From: an uncultured Chloroflexia bacterium
Lineage (GTDB): Bacteria; Chloroflexota; Limnocylindria; QHBO01
Direction of reading: 5' to 3'
Length of the DNA: 64,000 nucleotides
NCBI GenBank assembly: GCA_963783725.1
Contig: CAWAOJ010000002.1
Span: 340,469 to 404,468, forward strand
In this document: positions 46,873-56,409 of the stretch, in pieces
Position numbering within the stretch: the stretch's first letter is position 1
How the letters are laid out: every line of letters begins with the position of its first letter
The notes under the pieces: model-generated
Database searches by the model: none
What the model was told of the DNA's origin: nothing
What the model saw: the letters and a program-made list of their open reading frames with translations, nothing else
Translations under genes and position numbers: made by a program

Positions 46873-47762
46873 ATTCCGACCCCCAGGCCACGCAGGATGG
46901 TCTCGATCCCGATCACGGCCAGCACCGGCACGAAGATGCGCCGGACGGTGGTGTTCGCCAGCCGGCCGAGCAGCCGCGCTCCCATGAACGCGCCTGCCAG
47001 CACGCCGAGCGCGACCGGCGACGCGATCTGGACGTCGACGTCGCCGCGACCGATGTAGATCCCGGCCGACGCCGCGGCCGTGACGCCGATCATGAAGTTG
47101 CTGGTCGCGGACGACACCTTCATCGGCAGCCGCATGGCGCTGTCCATGGCGATCACCTTGAGCACGCCTGAGCCGATGCCAAGCAGGCCCGAGACGACGC
47201 CGGCGAGCGCCATGACGGCGAAGCCGAGCGGGATCCGGCGCGGCGTATAGCGCACCTCCCGGCCGGTGCGGCGATCCGGGTAGGTGTCGGAAAGCTCGAG
47301 CCGCACGGCGAGCGGGGACGGCTCCCGCTCCGGCGGCAGCTCCTCGCCCAGTCGAGCGATCTGCGCCCCGGCCGACAGGAGGAGGACGATTCCCAGCAGC
47401 ACGTACAGCAGGGTGGGAGCGACGATGGCGGTCAGCAGCGCTCCCGCCACTGCGCCCGTCGTGGTGGCCAGCTCGAGGAACATGCCGATCCGCAGATTGG
47501 TGAGGCGGTCACGCACGTATGCGGCCGCCGCGCCCGAGCTGGTCGCGATGACGGACACGATGCTGGCGCCGATGGCGAGGCGGATGTCGATGCCGAACAG
47601 GATGGTGAGCGCCGGGATGACGAGGATGCCGCCGCCGACGCCGGCCAGCGCGCCGAGCAGTCCCGCCGCCACGCTGACCAGGAAGATGGCGACGTCGGTG
47701 CCCACGCTCATGCCGCGCATGATGCACCGAGCGAGCCATGCGACCCGCCGCTTGGGTGCCAT
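46869..47762 (-). CDS. TauE/SafE family sulfite/anion exporter
   Basis: Duplicated 4-TM halves with the G-rich motifs GALAGVGGGILVIPAL and GLLGIGSGVLKV. The start is probably internal (MRGMSVG...). Confidence 0.8.
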   Translation of the reverse strand: MAPKRRVAWLARCIMRGMSVGTDVAIFLVSVAAGLLGALAGVGGGILVIPALTILFGIDIRLAIGASIVSVIATSSGAAAAYVRDRLTNLRIGMFLELATTTGAVAGALLTAIVAPTLLYVLLGIVLLLSAGAQIARLGEELPPEREPSPLAVRLELSDTYPDRRTGREVRYTPRRIPLGFAVMALAGVVSGLLGIGSGVLKVIAMDSAMRLPMKVSSATSNFMIGVTAAASAGIYIGRGDVDVQIASPVALGVLAGAFMGARLLGRLANTTVRRIFVPVLAVIGIETILRGLGVGI

Positions 47763-47805
47763 TCGGCAGATTCAGGCCCACCGCCGGGCCTGAGACCCTT
47801 GACCC

Positions 47806-48192
47806 ATGACGGTCGCCGACACGCCGTTGGCGTGCGAACCCGCGTTCGACCTGACGCCGCCCGACGTGATGGGCGCGGTGCTGGTCGGCGCGGTCCTCGG
47901 GGACCGCACGCGCGCATCGATCCTGCGCGTGCTTCGCGGCGGGCCGCATTGCGTGTGCGAGCTGGCCGCGATGCTCGGCGTGCGAGACGCCAACGTCAGC
48001 AGCCAGCTCGCCAAGCTGCGCGAGGCGGGTTTCGTTCACGCTCGGCGCCACGCCTCCAATCCGCGCTACCTGTACTACGAGCGCGACGAGGCCGGCTGCG
48101 CGGCAGCTCTGGCGAGAGTCCGCGAGGTGATGGTACCGGCCGCCGCGGCAGGCATGGGGGAACGGATCATGCGGCATGCCACTCGGCCCTAG
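47806..48192 (+). CDS. ArsR/SmtB-family metalloregulator
   Basis: wHTH with the CVC metal(loid)-sensing triad position (HCVCELAAML). Confidence 0.8.
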   Translation: MTVADTPLACEPAFDLTPPDVMGAVLVGAVLGDRTRASILRVLRGGPHCVCELAAMLGVRDANVSSQLAKLREAGFVHARRHASNPRYLYYERDEAGCAAALARVREVMVPAAAAGMGERIMRHATRP

Positions 48193-48248
48193 CCGGTGAG
48201 GCGCCCGGCCGCGACAGTACCCTCACGAATCAGCACAGGAGCAGGGCG

Positions 48249-48665
48249 ATGACCCCCGACGCAATCGAGCTGCAGGTGGCGGAGCTGATGACGATCGATC
48301 CGGTCACGGTTCGCTCCGACGCGCTGGTCGAGGAGGCCGAGGAGCTGCTGCGCCGCTATCACGTGACCGGCCTGCCGGTCGTCTCCGAAAACGGCGACCT
48401 GGTCGGCGTGATCAGCCAGACGGACCTGCTCTTCCTCGCCGCTCCATCGGTCTCCGCGCTGATTCGCGGCCGCAGCCAGGGCGTTCGCGTGGGCGAGGTG
48501 ATGAGCGCCCCGCCGGTGACGATCGACGGCGGGGCATCGATCCGCGACGCGGCGCGAGTGATGCACGAGCGGCAGCTGCACCGGCTGGTGGTGGTCGACG
48601 AGCGGGGACGAGCGGTGGGCGTGCTGGCGGCGATGGACTTCGTGGGACTCGTCGCGGAGAGCTGA
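48249..48665 (+). CDS. CBS-pair domain protein
   Basis: Two CBS motifs (VTGLPVVSENGDLVGVIS; HRLVVVDERGRAVGVLA). Confidence 0.8.
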   Translation: MTPDAIELQVAELMTIDPVTVRSDALVEEAEELLRRYHVTGLPVVSENGDLVGVISQTDLLFLAAPSVSALIRGRSQGVRVGEVMSAPPVTIDGGASIRDAARVMHERQLHRLVVVDERGRAVGVLAAMDFVGLVAES

Positions 48666-48734
48666 GCCCCGGGGCGCGGGTGGGGCGCTGCTTCGACCGT
48701 TGCCAATATTGACATCGGTCGATATACTGGCTGT

Positions 48735-49028
48735 GTGATGAGACGAGACGACCCCGACGTTGTCCTCCTGGCCGCCCTCGCCGATCCGGTGCGGCTGTCG
48801 ATCGTGCGGCAGCTCGCCGAGCAGACCGCCGTCTGCGCGTGCGACTTCACCGAATGCTGCAACGTGAGCCAGCCGACCATCAGCCACCACCTGAGGGTGC
48901 TGCGAGAGGGCGGCGTGCTGGTCAGCGAGCGGCAGGGGACGAACATCGTCTACTCGCTGGCCACCGATTTCCCGCAGCGCTGGGCGCGACTGGGCGCCGG
49001 CCTGGCGGGCCTCGTCACGGTCGACTGA
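48735..49028 (+). CDS. ArsR-family regulator (Cys-rich)
   Basis: LSIVRQLAEQTAVCACDFTECCNVSQPTISHHLRVLREGG, the ArsR HTH with CxC...CC. Confidence 0.8.
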   Translation: MMRRDDPDVVLLAALADPVRLSIVRQLAEQTAVCACDFTECCNVSQPTISHHLRVLREGGVLVSERQGTNIVYSLATDFPQRWARLGAGLAGLVTVD

Positions 49029-49048
49029 AGCAGGAAGGAGCGCCTCCA

Positions 49049-49855
49049 ATGTCCGAGCAGGTTCACGACGTGGTGCGGGAGCGGTATGCGGCCGCCGCGG
49101 TCCGTGCCGGTGCCGGCAGCGTCTGCTGCGATCCCGAGGAGGGCATCGGGGCCGGGCTGTATGACGCCGGCGAGCGCGCAAGCCTGCCCGAGACGGCGGT
49201 GCTTGCCTCGCTGGGCTGCGGCAATCCGACCGCGGTGGCAGAGCTGCGAGAGGGCGAGCGCGTGCTCGACCTTGGGTCGGGGGGAGGCATCGACGTCCTG
49301 CTCTCCGCCAGGCGGGTGGGCCAGACCGGGCGCGCCATCGGGCTCGACATGACCGATGAGATGCTCGCGCTCGCGCAGCGAAACGCCGCCGAGGCCGGCG
49401 CCACCAACGTCGAATTCCTGAAGGGGCACATCGAAGCCATCCCGCTGCCCGCCGAGTCGGTCGACGTGGTGATCAGCAACTGCGTGGTGAACCTCGCCGC
49501 CGACAAGCCGGCCGTCTTCCGCGAGATCGCCCGCGTCCTGCGACCGGGCGGTCGCATCGGGGTCACCGACATCGTGGCCGAGGACCGGTTGAGCGCCGCG
49601 GATCGCGCCGAGCGTGGTTCGTACGTGGGCTGCATCGCGGGAGCGCTGTCGTTCTCGGAGTTCGAGCGCGGCCTGCGAGAGGTGGGCCTGGCCGATGTCT
49701 CCCTCACGCCGACGCACAGCGTTGCCGACGGCATGCACAGCGTCATCGTCAGAGCCGTGAAGCCGACCGATGCGGGGCCCACGACCCCCCTCGAGGACCG
49801 CGAGCTGAACCTCGCCGCCACCGGGTGCGGATGCGGCGCCGGCGGGTGCTGCTAG
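49049..49855 (+). CDS. arsM: Arsenite S-adenosylmethionine methyltransferase
   Basis: GGAAGGAG SD upstream. Conserved Cys set (VCCD, SLGCGNP, GCIAG), SAM motif VLDLGSGGG, C-terminal CGCGAGGCC. Confidence 0.85.
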   Translation: MSEQVHDVVRERYAAAAVRAGAGSVCCDPEEGIGAGLYDAGERASLPETAVLASLGCGNPTAVAELREGERVLDLGSGGGIDVLLSARRVGQTGRAIGLDMTDEMLALAQRNAAEAGATNVEFLKGHIEAIPLPAESVDVVISNCVVNLAADKPAVFREIARVLRPGGRIGVTDIVAEDRLSAADRAERGSYVGCIAGALSFSEFERGLREVGLADVSLTPTHSVADGMHSVIVRAVKPTDAGPTTPLEDRELNLAATGCGCGAGGCC

Positions 49856-50664
49856 CGGCGTGACCTCGCCGCGAGGGCGACCAGGAAGATGGCGGTCTCG
49901 ACCAGCACGATGGTCGCGCCGCTGGCGGCGTTGGCCCAGTAGCTGACGTACAGGCCGATCGCCGGGGCGAGCAGGCCGATGCCGACCGCCACGCCCAGCA
50001 GGCGCCCGAAGCTGTGCGTCAGCAGCTGGGCCGTGGCGGCCGGTGTGACCAGCATGGCGACCACCAGGATGATGCCGACCGCCTGCAGACTGACCACGAT
50101 CGTGATGGCGATCAGCGCCAGCAGGAGGTAGTCGAGCCAGGCCACCGGCAGTCCCGAGGCCGCCGCGCCGAGCGGGTCGAAGGTGGTGTAGAGCAGCTCC
50201 TTCCACAGGATCGCAACCACCGCCAGCACGACCGCGGCGAGCACCACCAGCGCGATCAGGTCGCCGCTGCCGATGCCGAGCACCTCCCCGAAGAGGAAGC
50301 CGAACAGGTCGCCGACGTAGTTCGGGATGAGGCTGAACAGGAACACGCCAAGGGCGAACATCCCGGCGAACAACACGCCGATGGTGGTATCGGTGCGCAG
50401 GCCGCCGCGCCGTCCGGTCCAGCCGATGGCGAGCGCGGTACCGACCGCGGCCACCGCGGCGCCCAGGTAGAACGGGCCGTGCAGCAGGTAGGCGACCACG
50501 ATGCCCGGGAAGGCGGAGTGGCTGAGCGCGTCGCCCATGAAGGCGAGCCCGCGGAGGACCATGTACGAGCCGATGACGGCGCACACCACGCCGACCACCG
50601 CGGAGGCGAGCAGCGCCCGAAGGAAGAAGTCGTAGGCGAGCGGCTCCAGAACGGGCGACAGCAT
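49852..50664 (-). CDS. Metal (Zn/Mn) ABC transporter permease (ABC-3, ZnuB/MntB-like)
   Basis: 8-TM ABC-3 fold; conserved GDALSHSAFPG. Confidence 0.9.
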   Translation of the reverse strand: MLSPVLEPLAYDFFLRALLASAVVGVVCAVIGSYMVLRGLAFMGDALSHSAFPGIVVAYLLHGPFYLGAAVAAVGTALAIGWTGRRGGLRTDTTIGVLFAGMFALGVFLFSLIPNYVGDLFGFLFGEVLGIGSGDLIALVVLAAVVLAVVAILWKELLYTTFDPLGAAASGLPVAWLDYLLLALIAITIVVSLQAVGIILVVAMLVTPAATAQLLTHSFGRLLGVAVGIGLLAPAIGLYVSYWANAASGATIVLVETAIFLVALAARSRR

Positions 50665-51479
50665 CAGCGCCCCTTCTCGCGTTCGTGGTAATGCTGGTCG
50701 TGGCCGCTCGCCGCGTCGTGGTGATGGGCGTCGTCGATGATCACCGCGCGGTCGGTGAGCATCAGCAGGTGTCCGCCGTAGGTCGCCGACAGGACGTCTG
50801 GGTCAAGCACCAGCGACGAGGGCCCGACGGCGATGACGCGCCGGTTGAGCGCCACCACCGTGGCGAAATGCTCGGCGGCGGCGGCAAGGTCGTGCGTCGT
50901 GGCGATCGCGGTGCGGCCCGCTGCGGTCTCGGCGGCCAGGAGGGCCATGAGGTCCTCCTGCGTGGTGACGTCGACGCCGGTCACCGGCTCGTCGAGCAGG
51001 TACAGGTCCGGCGCCGCGGCGATCGCCCGTGCCAGGAAGGCGCGTCTGCGCTGCCCGCCGGACAGCGCGCCGATCTGCGTCGAGCGGCGGTCCGCCATTC
51101 CGACCCGTTCCAGCGCCGCGCCGACCGCCTCGCGGTCCTCGGCAGCCGGCCGTCGCCACGGGCCGAGGCGCGGGTAGCGACCCATCATCGCCACGTCCCA
51201 CACGCTCACCGGGAACGACCAGTCGACCAGCTCCGCCTGCGGGACGTACGCGACCCGCTTCGCCTCGCGGCCAGCTGCGGCGCCGAGAACCTCGACAGTC
51301 CCGGCCGACGGCTCGAGCAGCCCGGCGATGAGCTTGAGCAGGGTCGACTTCCCGCCGCCGTTGGGGCCGAATATGGCGACCAGCCCGCCGCGCTCGATGG
51401 CGAGCGTGACCTCCTCCAGCGCGGGCCGGCCGTCGTAGCCGGCGCTCGCCTCCGTGATGCGGACCGCCTCGTCGCTCAT
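50664..51479 (-). CDS. Metal ABC transporter ATP-binding protein with His-rich tail
   Basis: GPNGGGKST, LSGGQRRRAFLARA, YLLDEP. C-terminal HHHDAASGHDQHYHE. Confidence 0.9.
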   Translation of the reverse strand: MSDEAVRITEASAGYDGRPALEEVTLAIERGGLVAIFGPNGGGKSTLLKLIAGLLEPSAGTVEVLGAAAGREAKRVAYVPQAELVDWSFPVSVWDVAMMGRYPRLGPWRRPAAEDREAVGAALERVGMADRRSTQIGALSGGQRRRAFLARAIAAAPDLYLLDEPVTGVDVTTQEDLMALLAAETAAGRTAIATTHDLAAAAEHFATVVALNRRVIAVGPSSLVLDPDVLSATYGGHLLMLTDRAVIIDDAHHHDAASGHDQHYHEREKGR

Positions 51480-52372
51480 CGAAGCGCCTCGCTGATCCGT
51501 TGGGTGTCCCAGCGGATCAGCGCCTCGTAGCTGGTGACGGGCGGATCGCCCACGCTGTCGTCGTAGAGATCGGCGACGACGGTCGCCCCTGTCTCGGCCG
51601 CTAGCTGCGCGACCAGCTTGGCCGGGAACTGCCGCTCGCTGAATATGGCCTTCACGCCGTTGGCCCTGATCGCCTGCACCAGCGCAGCGGTGTAGCCCGC
51701 GCTGGGGTCCTGCCCCGGCGCGGGCACCGCGACGCCGACCACGGTGAGCCCGTATTCGCGCGCGTAGTAGGCGAAGGCATCATGGAACGTCACGATCCTG
51801 CGGTTCGACTCCGGGACGCTCGCGACCTGCTGGCGCACCCAGCGGTCGAGCTCGGCAAGGCGGGCGTCATAGCGCGATGCCCGGCCATCGTAGTCGGCGG
51901 CGTGCGCCGGGTCGACCTCGGCGAGCGCGACGCGGATGCGCTCGACGTACGCCTGCGCGTAGCGGACGTCGAGCCACAGGTGCGGGTTCCTGGTCGCCGG
52001 CTCGTCACCGGGGAGCAGCGTCGCGCCCGGAAGGTCCTCCGCCAGCCTCAGCACCGGCGTGGTCGGCCGGGCGGCATTGCGCATCGTCTTCACCAGCCAA
52101 TCGTCGAGTCCGACGCCGTTCATCACCAGCAGCTGTGCATCGGCGACCGCTCGGATGTCGGCCGGCTTGGGCGCGAAGGTGTGCACGTCGCCGTTCTTCG
52201 GCACCAGGTTGCTCACGGCCACGTGGCTGCCCCCGACCTGCCTGACAAGGTCCGCGAAGACCGATGTGGTGGTGACGACCCGCACCGGGTCGTTGCCCGT
52301 TGGCGTAGCAGGCGGCCGGGAGACGCAGCCGACCAGGATGGTCGCCAGCAGAAGCGGCCCGATGCGCGACAC
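51476..52372 (-). CDS. Metal ABC transporter substrate-binding lipoprotein (cluster A-I, ZnuA/MntC-like)
   Basis: Lipobox LVGC; the HTFAPKP...DPHLWLD metal-ligand pattern. Confidence 0.9.
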   Translation of the reverse strand: MSRIGPLLLATILVGCVSRPPATPTGNDPVRVVTTTSVFADLVRQVGGSHVAVSNLVPKNGDVHTFAPKPADIRAVADAQLLVMNGVGLDDWLVKTMRNAARPTTPVLRLAEDLPGATLLPGDEPATRNPHLWLDVRYAQAYVERIRVALAEVDPAHAADYDGRASRYDARLAELDRWVRQQVASVPESNRRIVTFHDAFAYYAREYGLTVVGVAVPAPGQDPSAGYTAALVQAIRANGVKAIFSERQFPAKLVAQLAAETGATVVADLYDDSVGDPPVTSYEALIRWDTQRISEALR

Positions 52373-53152
52373 TCAGCGAAGCTGAATCGAGCGCTTTGCC
52401 AGCCCGTACCAGTAGCCGTCGATGCGCGTCTCGGGCGACCGGTCGGGGAGTGCCGCGGCGCCCAGCGCCACGAACAGCGGCGCGAAGTGCTCGGTGGTGG
52501 GATGCGCGTACGGCATCCCCGGCGCCTTCTCGCGGAACGCGAACAGCTCGTCGAGGTCGCCGCGGGCGAGCGCCTCGGCGGCCCATCGGTCGAACTCGAC
52601 GGACCATGCCGGCGCACCCGGCTTGCCCATGAAGTAGTCGTGGATGAACGGCAGACCGTGGGTCATGAAGCCGCTGCCGATGACCAGCACTCCCTGGTCG
52701 CGCAGCGGGGCGAGACGCCGGCCCAGCGCGAACAGGTGCTCCGGGTCGAGGTCGGGCATCGACATCTGCAGGACGGGGATGTCCGCCGCGGGATACATGG
52801 CCTTGAGCGGTACCCATGCCCCGTGGTCCAGCCCGCGCATCGGCTGCTGCAGCAGCGGCTCGCCTGCCGGCAGCAACGCGCGCACCTGCGCGGCGAGGTC
52901 GGGCGAGCCCGGCGCGTCATAGCGCATGCGGTAGTAGTGCTCAGGGAAGCCGTAGAAGTCGTAGACCAGCGGCACCGGCTCCGTCGCGCTGATCGTCACC
53001 GGCGCGGACTCCCAGTGCGCGCTGACGATGAGGATCGCCTTGGGGCGCGGCAGACCGGAGGCCCATTCGGACAGCTCCGACATCCAGGTCTCGTCCTCGA
53101 GCAGCGGCGGCGCGCCGTGGCCCATGTAGATGGCCGGCATCGGCTCGCTCAT
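52373..53152 (-). CDS. Class III extradiol ring-cleavage dioxygenase (LigB/4,5-DOPA dioxygenase-like)
   Basis: IYMGHGAPP, VSAHWE, DHGAWVPL and VIGSGFMTHG, the YgiD/LigB pattern. Confidence 0.85.
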   Translation of the reverse strand: MSEPMPAIYMGHGAPPLLEDETWMSELSEWASGLPRPKAILIVSAHWESAPVTISATEPVPLVYDFYGFPEHYYRMRYDAPGSPDLAAQVRALLPAGEPLLQQPMRGLDHGAWVPLKAMYPAADIPVLQMSMPDLDPEHLFALGRRLAPLRDQGVLVIGSGFMTHGLPFIHDYFMGKPGAPAWSVEFDRWAAEALARGDLDELFAFREKAPGMPYAHPTTEHFAPLFVALGAAALPDRSPETRIDGYWYGLAKRSIQLR

Positions 53153-54369
53153 TGGTCCTCCCGTGGCGGCGCGGCCGGAATCCAGATGCGGAAGGTCGAC
53201 CCGGCGCCGGGTCCCTGACTGTGGGCGTCGATCCGCCCGTGGTGACGCTCGACGATTCCCCTGGCGATGTAGAGGCCGAGGCCCATCCCCTCGACGTGGC
53301 CGACGTTGTCGCCGCGCGCGAACGGCTCGAACACGCCGGTCAGATCGCGCGTGACGAGGCCGATACCTTCGTCCTCGACCTCGATTGCCACGCCATCCTC
53401 GGCCTCGGCGACCCTGATGCCGACCGCACCGGTCGAGTACTTGAGCGCGTTCTCGACCACGTTGCTGATGACCTGGTCGAGCCGGTCCGCATCCGCCAGT
53501 ACCGGACGGGCGGGAGCGAGATCCACGTGCAGCCGCGCCTCGTCAGGCCCTCCGGCCCGGCGATCCGCCACCTCACGCACGAGGGCGCCGACGTCGGTCG
53601 GGTGGCGAGTGAGCGGCATCGGCGAGCTGGCGCTAAGGCGCGCGACGTCGAGGAGCTCGCTGAGCAGCACGCCGAGGCGGTGCGTGGCGCTCGCGATGCG
53701 CGACAGCCCGGCCACCAATGCTCGCCCGTCGAGGCGCCCCTCGCTGCTGGCGCGGAGGAGCAGCTCCGTGGACAGCTGCAGCGTCGTCACCGGCGTCTTC
53801 AGCTCGTGCGAGGCGATGCTCAGGAAGCGGTCGCGGGCGCGCAGCGCCTCCTCGGCCGCCTCGCGCGCCTTCTGTTCGGCGAGCAGCTCGCGTTCCCGCT
53901 GCTCGTTCGCGCGCCGCTCGGTCAGGTCGCGGGTGACCTTCGCGAAGCCCCACAGCTCGCCGGAATCGTCGCGCAGCGCGGTGATCACCACGTCGGCCCA
54001 GAATCGCGAGCCGTCCTTTCGGACGCGCCAGTCCTCGATCTCCACGCGCCCGTCGGTGCGGGCCATGTTGAGAAGCACGGACGGGCGTCCCGAGGCGCGA
54101 TCCTTCTCCACGTAGAAGGTGGACACGTTGCGGCCCACGATCTCGGCTTCGGCGTAGCCCTTGATGCGCTGAGCGCCGCGATTCCAGGTGAGGATGGTGC
54201 CGTCAGGGGCGAGCAGGAAGATCGCATAGTCCAGGATGTCGTGGACCAGCGCACGGAACACCTCCTCGCGCCCCTCCATCGGCGGCGGCTGTGGCGCGAG
54301 CCGCGGCTGGCGCGGCGGCTGGTTCGGCATCGCTTGCGAGGGGCTCCTTGAGAGACGAGGTTCGCACAC
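53149..54369 (-). CDS. Cytoplasmic PAS-domain sensor histidine kinase
   Basis: PAS (ILTWNRGAQRIKGYAEAEIVG...RKDGSRFWADV), HisKA (ASHELKTP), HATPase_c (GLGLYIARGIV). The stop overlaps the dioxygenase start. Confidence 0.85.
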   Translation of the reverse strand: MCEPRLSRSPSQAMPNQPPRQPRLAPQPPPMEGREEVFRALVHDILDYAIFLLAPDGTILTWNRGAQRIKGYAEAEIVGRNVSTFYVEKDRASGRPSVLLNMARTDGRVEIEDWRVRKDGSRFWADVVITALRDDSGELWGFAKVTRDLTERRANEQRERELLAEQKAREAAEEALRARDRFLSIASHELKTPVTTLQLSTELLLRASSEGRLDGRALVAGLSRIASATHRLGVLLSELLDVARLSASSPMPLTRHPTDVGALVREVADRRAGGPDEARLHVDLAPARPVLADADRLDQVISNVVENALKYSTGAVGIRVAEAEDGVAIEVEDEGIGLVTRDLTGVFEPFARGDNVGHVEGMGLGLYIARGIVERHHGRIDAHSQGPGAGSTFRIWIPAAPPREDQ

Positions 54370-54474
54370 GGCGGGGGTGAGTCGTCGCTCGCAGGATAGC
54401 GCGAACAGTTCGCGACGGCCGAGCCGCAGCCGGGTCCGCAGCGTGGCCGATTTCGTGCAGTCCCGCCGCTCCTC

Positions 54475-54870
54475 ATGGAGCTGACGCCTGCCGCAGCTGC
54501 GGTCGATTCATCGCGGGCGATCCTCGTCGTCGACGACAGCGAAGCGATTCGCGAGACGTTGGCCGAGGCGCTGGTCGCCGAGGGCTATCGCGTCGTCACC
54601 GCGACCGATGGCGTGGATGCCGTACACAAGCTGAGCGACACGTCCGCGCGGCCGTGCCTCATCCTGATGGACCTCATGATGCCGCGCATGGACGGGATGG
54701 AGCTCGCCGGCAGATTGAAGGCGCATCCGGAGTGGGGGACAATCCCGATCGTAGTGCTCTCCGCGTACTGGCGCGCGCCGGTCGTGCCGGAGGCGGTGGC
54801 CGTCATCTCCAAGCCGTTCCAGATGGAGGAGCTGCTCGGGGCCGTGCGTATGCACTGCCTCGGGACGTGA
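54475..54870 (+). CDS. Single-domain response regulator (CheY-like receiver)
   Basis: ILVVDDSE...LMDLMMPRMDG...VLSAY; no output domain. Confidence 0.8.
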   Translation: MELTPAAAAVDSSRAILVVDDSEAIRETLAEALVAEGYRVVTATDGVDAVHKLSDTSARPCLILMDLMMPRMDGMELAGRLKAHPEWGTIPIVVLSAYWRAPVVPEAVAVISKPFQMEELLGAVRMHCLGT

Positions 54871-54910
54871 CGTACACTCGCCGCCGATCGCATCTCTGCC
54901 CAGGAGCACA

Positions 54911-55324
54911 ATGCCCGAGCGCAGCCGTCCGGCGCGGATCACCGTCGTCAACGACCAGCCGGAGTTCCTCGAGCTGATCAGCGAGGTCCTCGACGGGAAC
55001 GGCTACGAGGTCACGCCGCTCGACGGCGAGGCGACCTCCATCGAGCACATCGCGGACACGCGGCCCGACCTGCTCATCTGCGACCTGCGGCTCGCTCCGG
55101 AGAAGGGTCGGCTGACAGGCTGGGAGATCGTGACCCTGTGCCGCGTCCACGAGGACCTGCGCGACGTGCCGCTGATCGTCTGCTCGGCCGACGCGCGCTC
55201 CCTGCGCCAGCACGCGGACGAGATGTCGGCGCTCGGCGACGTGCACGCGCTCGAGAAGCCGTTCCAGCTCGCAATGCTCGAGGATCTCGTGCAGCGGCTG
55301 CTGCATCGCCAGCCGCTCGACTAG
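54911..55324 (+). CDS. Single-domain response regulator (receiver) #2
   Basis: ITVVNDQ...LLICDLRL...IVCSAD; no output domain. Confidence 0.8.
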   Translation: MPERSRPARITVVNDQPEFLELISEVLDGNGYEVTPLDGEATSIEHIADTRPDLLICDLRLAPEKGRLTGWEIVTLCRVHEDLRDVPLIVCSADARSLRQHADEMSALGDVHALEKPFQLAMLEDLVQRLLHRQPLD

Positions 55325-55454
55325 CTCGTGGATCGCGACTTCGAGATCGAAGAGGTCGTCGGCGCCGACGGTCGGTACGTCCTCTACTACCGCTGGCCGC
55401 GCGACGGGACCGATGAGGAGGCTGACGAGCCGGAGGAATCGCCGACCGAGACCG

Positions 55455-56408
55455 ATGTCTGAGCTGCGCTGGAATCCCGTCCTCGGGGAGTGGACGATCG
55501 TGGCCACCCATCGCCAGGAGCGGACCTTCCTGCCGCCGACCGACGAGTGTCCGCTCTGCCCGCGCGCCGGCGACGACGCGGGCGGCGAGATCCATCGGCC
55601 GGATTTCGAGGTGGCGGTGTTCGAGAACCGGTTCCCGTCGCTCGCGCGGCTGCCGTCGCGCCCCGCCGTCGATGGGACGCCGCTGACCCCCGTCGCGCCT
55701 GCGGTTGGCGCCTGCGAGGTCGTGGTGTACACGCCCCGGCACGATGGCAGCCTGGCGGACGCCAGCCTGCGCCACCTGCGCCGCCTGGTGAGCGTCTGGG
55801 CGCACCGCACCCTGGTGCTCGGCAGCCGTCCGGAGGTGGAGTACGTCTACATCTTCGAGAACCGCGGCCAGGCGATCGGCGTCACGCTGCACCATCCGCA
55901 TGGGCAGATCTACGCCTATCCGATGCTGCCACCGGTCGTGCTGCGCGAGATTGAAGCCGCGGCGGGATCGACCCGATGCGTGTGGTGCGTCCTGCGCGAC
56001 CAGGAGCTGAGCGACGGCCGCCGGGTGGTGGCCGAGTCGGGCGAATGGGTGGCGGTGGTGCCGTTCTTCGCTCGGTGGCCGTACGAGGTCCACCTCCTGC
56101 CTCGGCGGCACGTCGGGTGGCTGCACGAGCTGGACGCGGTCGAGACGCGAAACCTCGCCGAACTGCTGAAGGACGTCGTCGGCCGGCTGGATCGGCTCTT
56201 CGGCTTCGCCATGCCATACGTCATGGCGGTTCATCAACGGCCGACCGATGGCGGCGATCACACGGGCTATCACCTGCACCTCGAGTTCTACCCGCCGCAC
56301 CGCAGCGCCGACAAGCTCAAGTACCTCGCCGGCTCCGAGGCCGGCGCGGGCGTGTTCATCAACGACACGCTTCCCGAGGAGAGCGCCGCTCGGCTGCGGA
56401 ACGCCTGA
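55455..56408 (+). CDS. galT: Galactose-1-phosphate uridylyltransferase
   Basis: CPLCPRAG (Zn site), FENRG and HHPHGQIYAYP (HxHxQ active site). ATG MSELRWNPVLGEW chosen over track start 55413. Confidence 0.85.
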   Translation: MSELRWNPVLGEWTIVATHRQERTFLPPTDECPLCPRAGDDAGGEIHRPDFEVAVFENRFPSLARLPSRPAVDGTPLTPVAPAVGACEVVVYTPRHDGSLADASLRHLRRLVSVWAHRTLVLGSRPEVEYVYIFENRGQAIGVTLHHPHGQIYAYPMLPPVVLREIEAAAGSTRCVWCVLRDQELSDGRRVVAESGEWVAVVPFFARWPYEVHLLPRRHVGWLHELDAVETRNLAELLKDVVGRLDRLFGFAMPYVMAVHQRPTDGGDHTGYHLHLEFYPPHRSADKLKYLAGSEAGAGVFINDTLPEESAARLRNA

Positions 56409-56409
56409 C

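Noticed and set aside
48950-50584. 544-aa minus-strand ORF spanning arsM and the metal ABC permease
   Set aside because: It crosses two well-supported genes on different strands; composition is Arg/Gly-rich.
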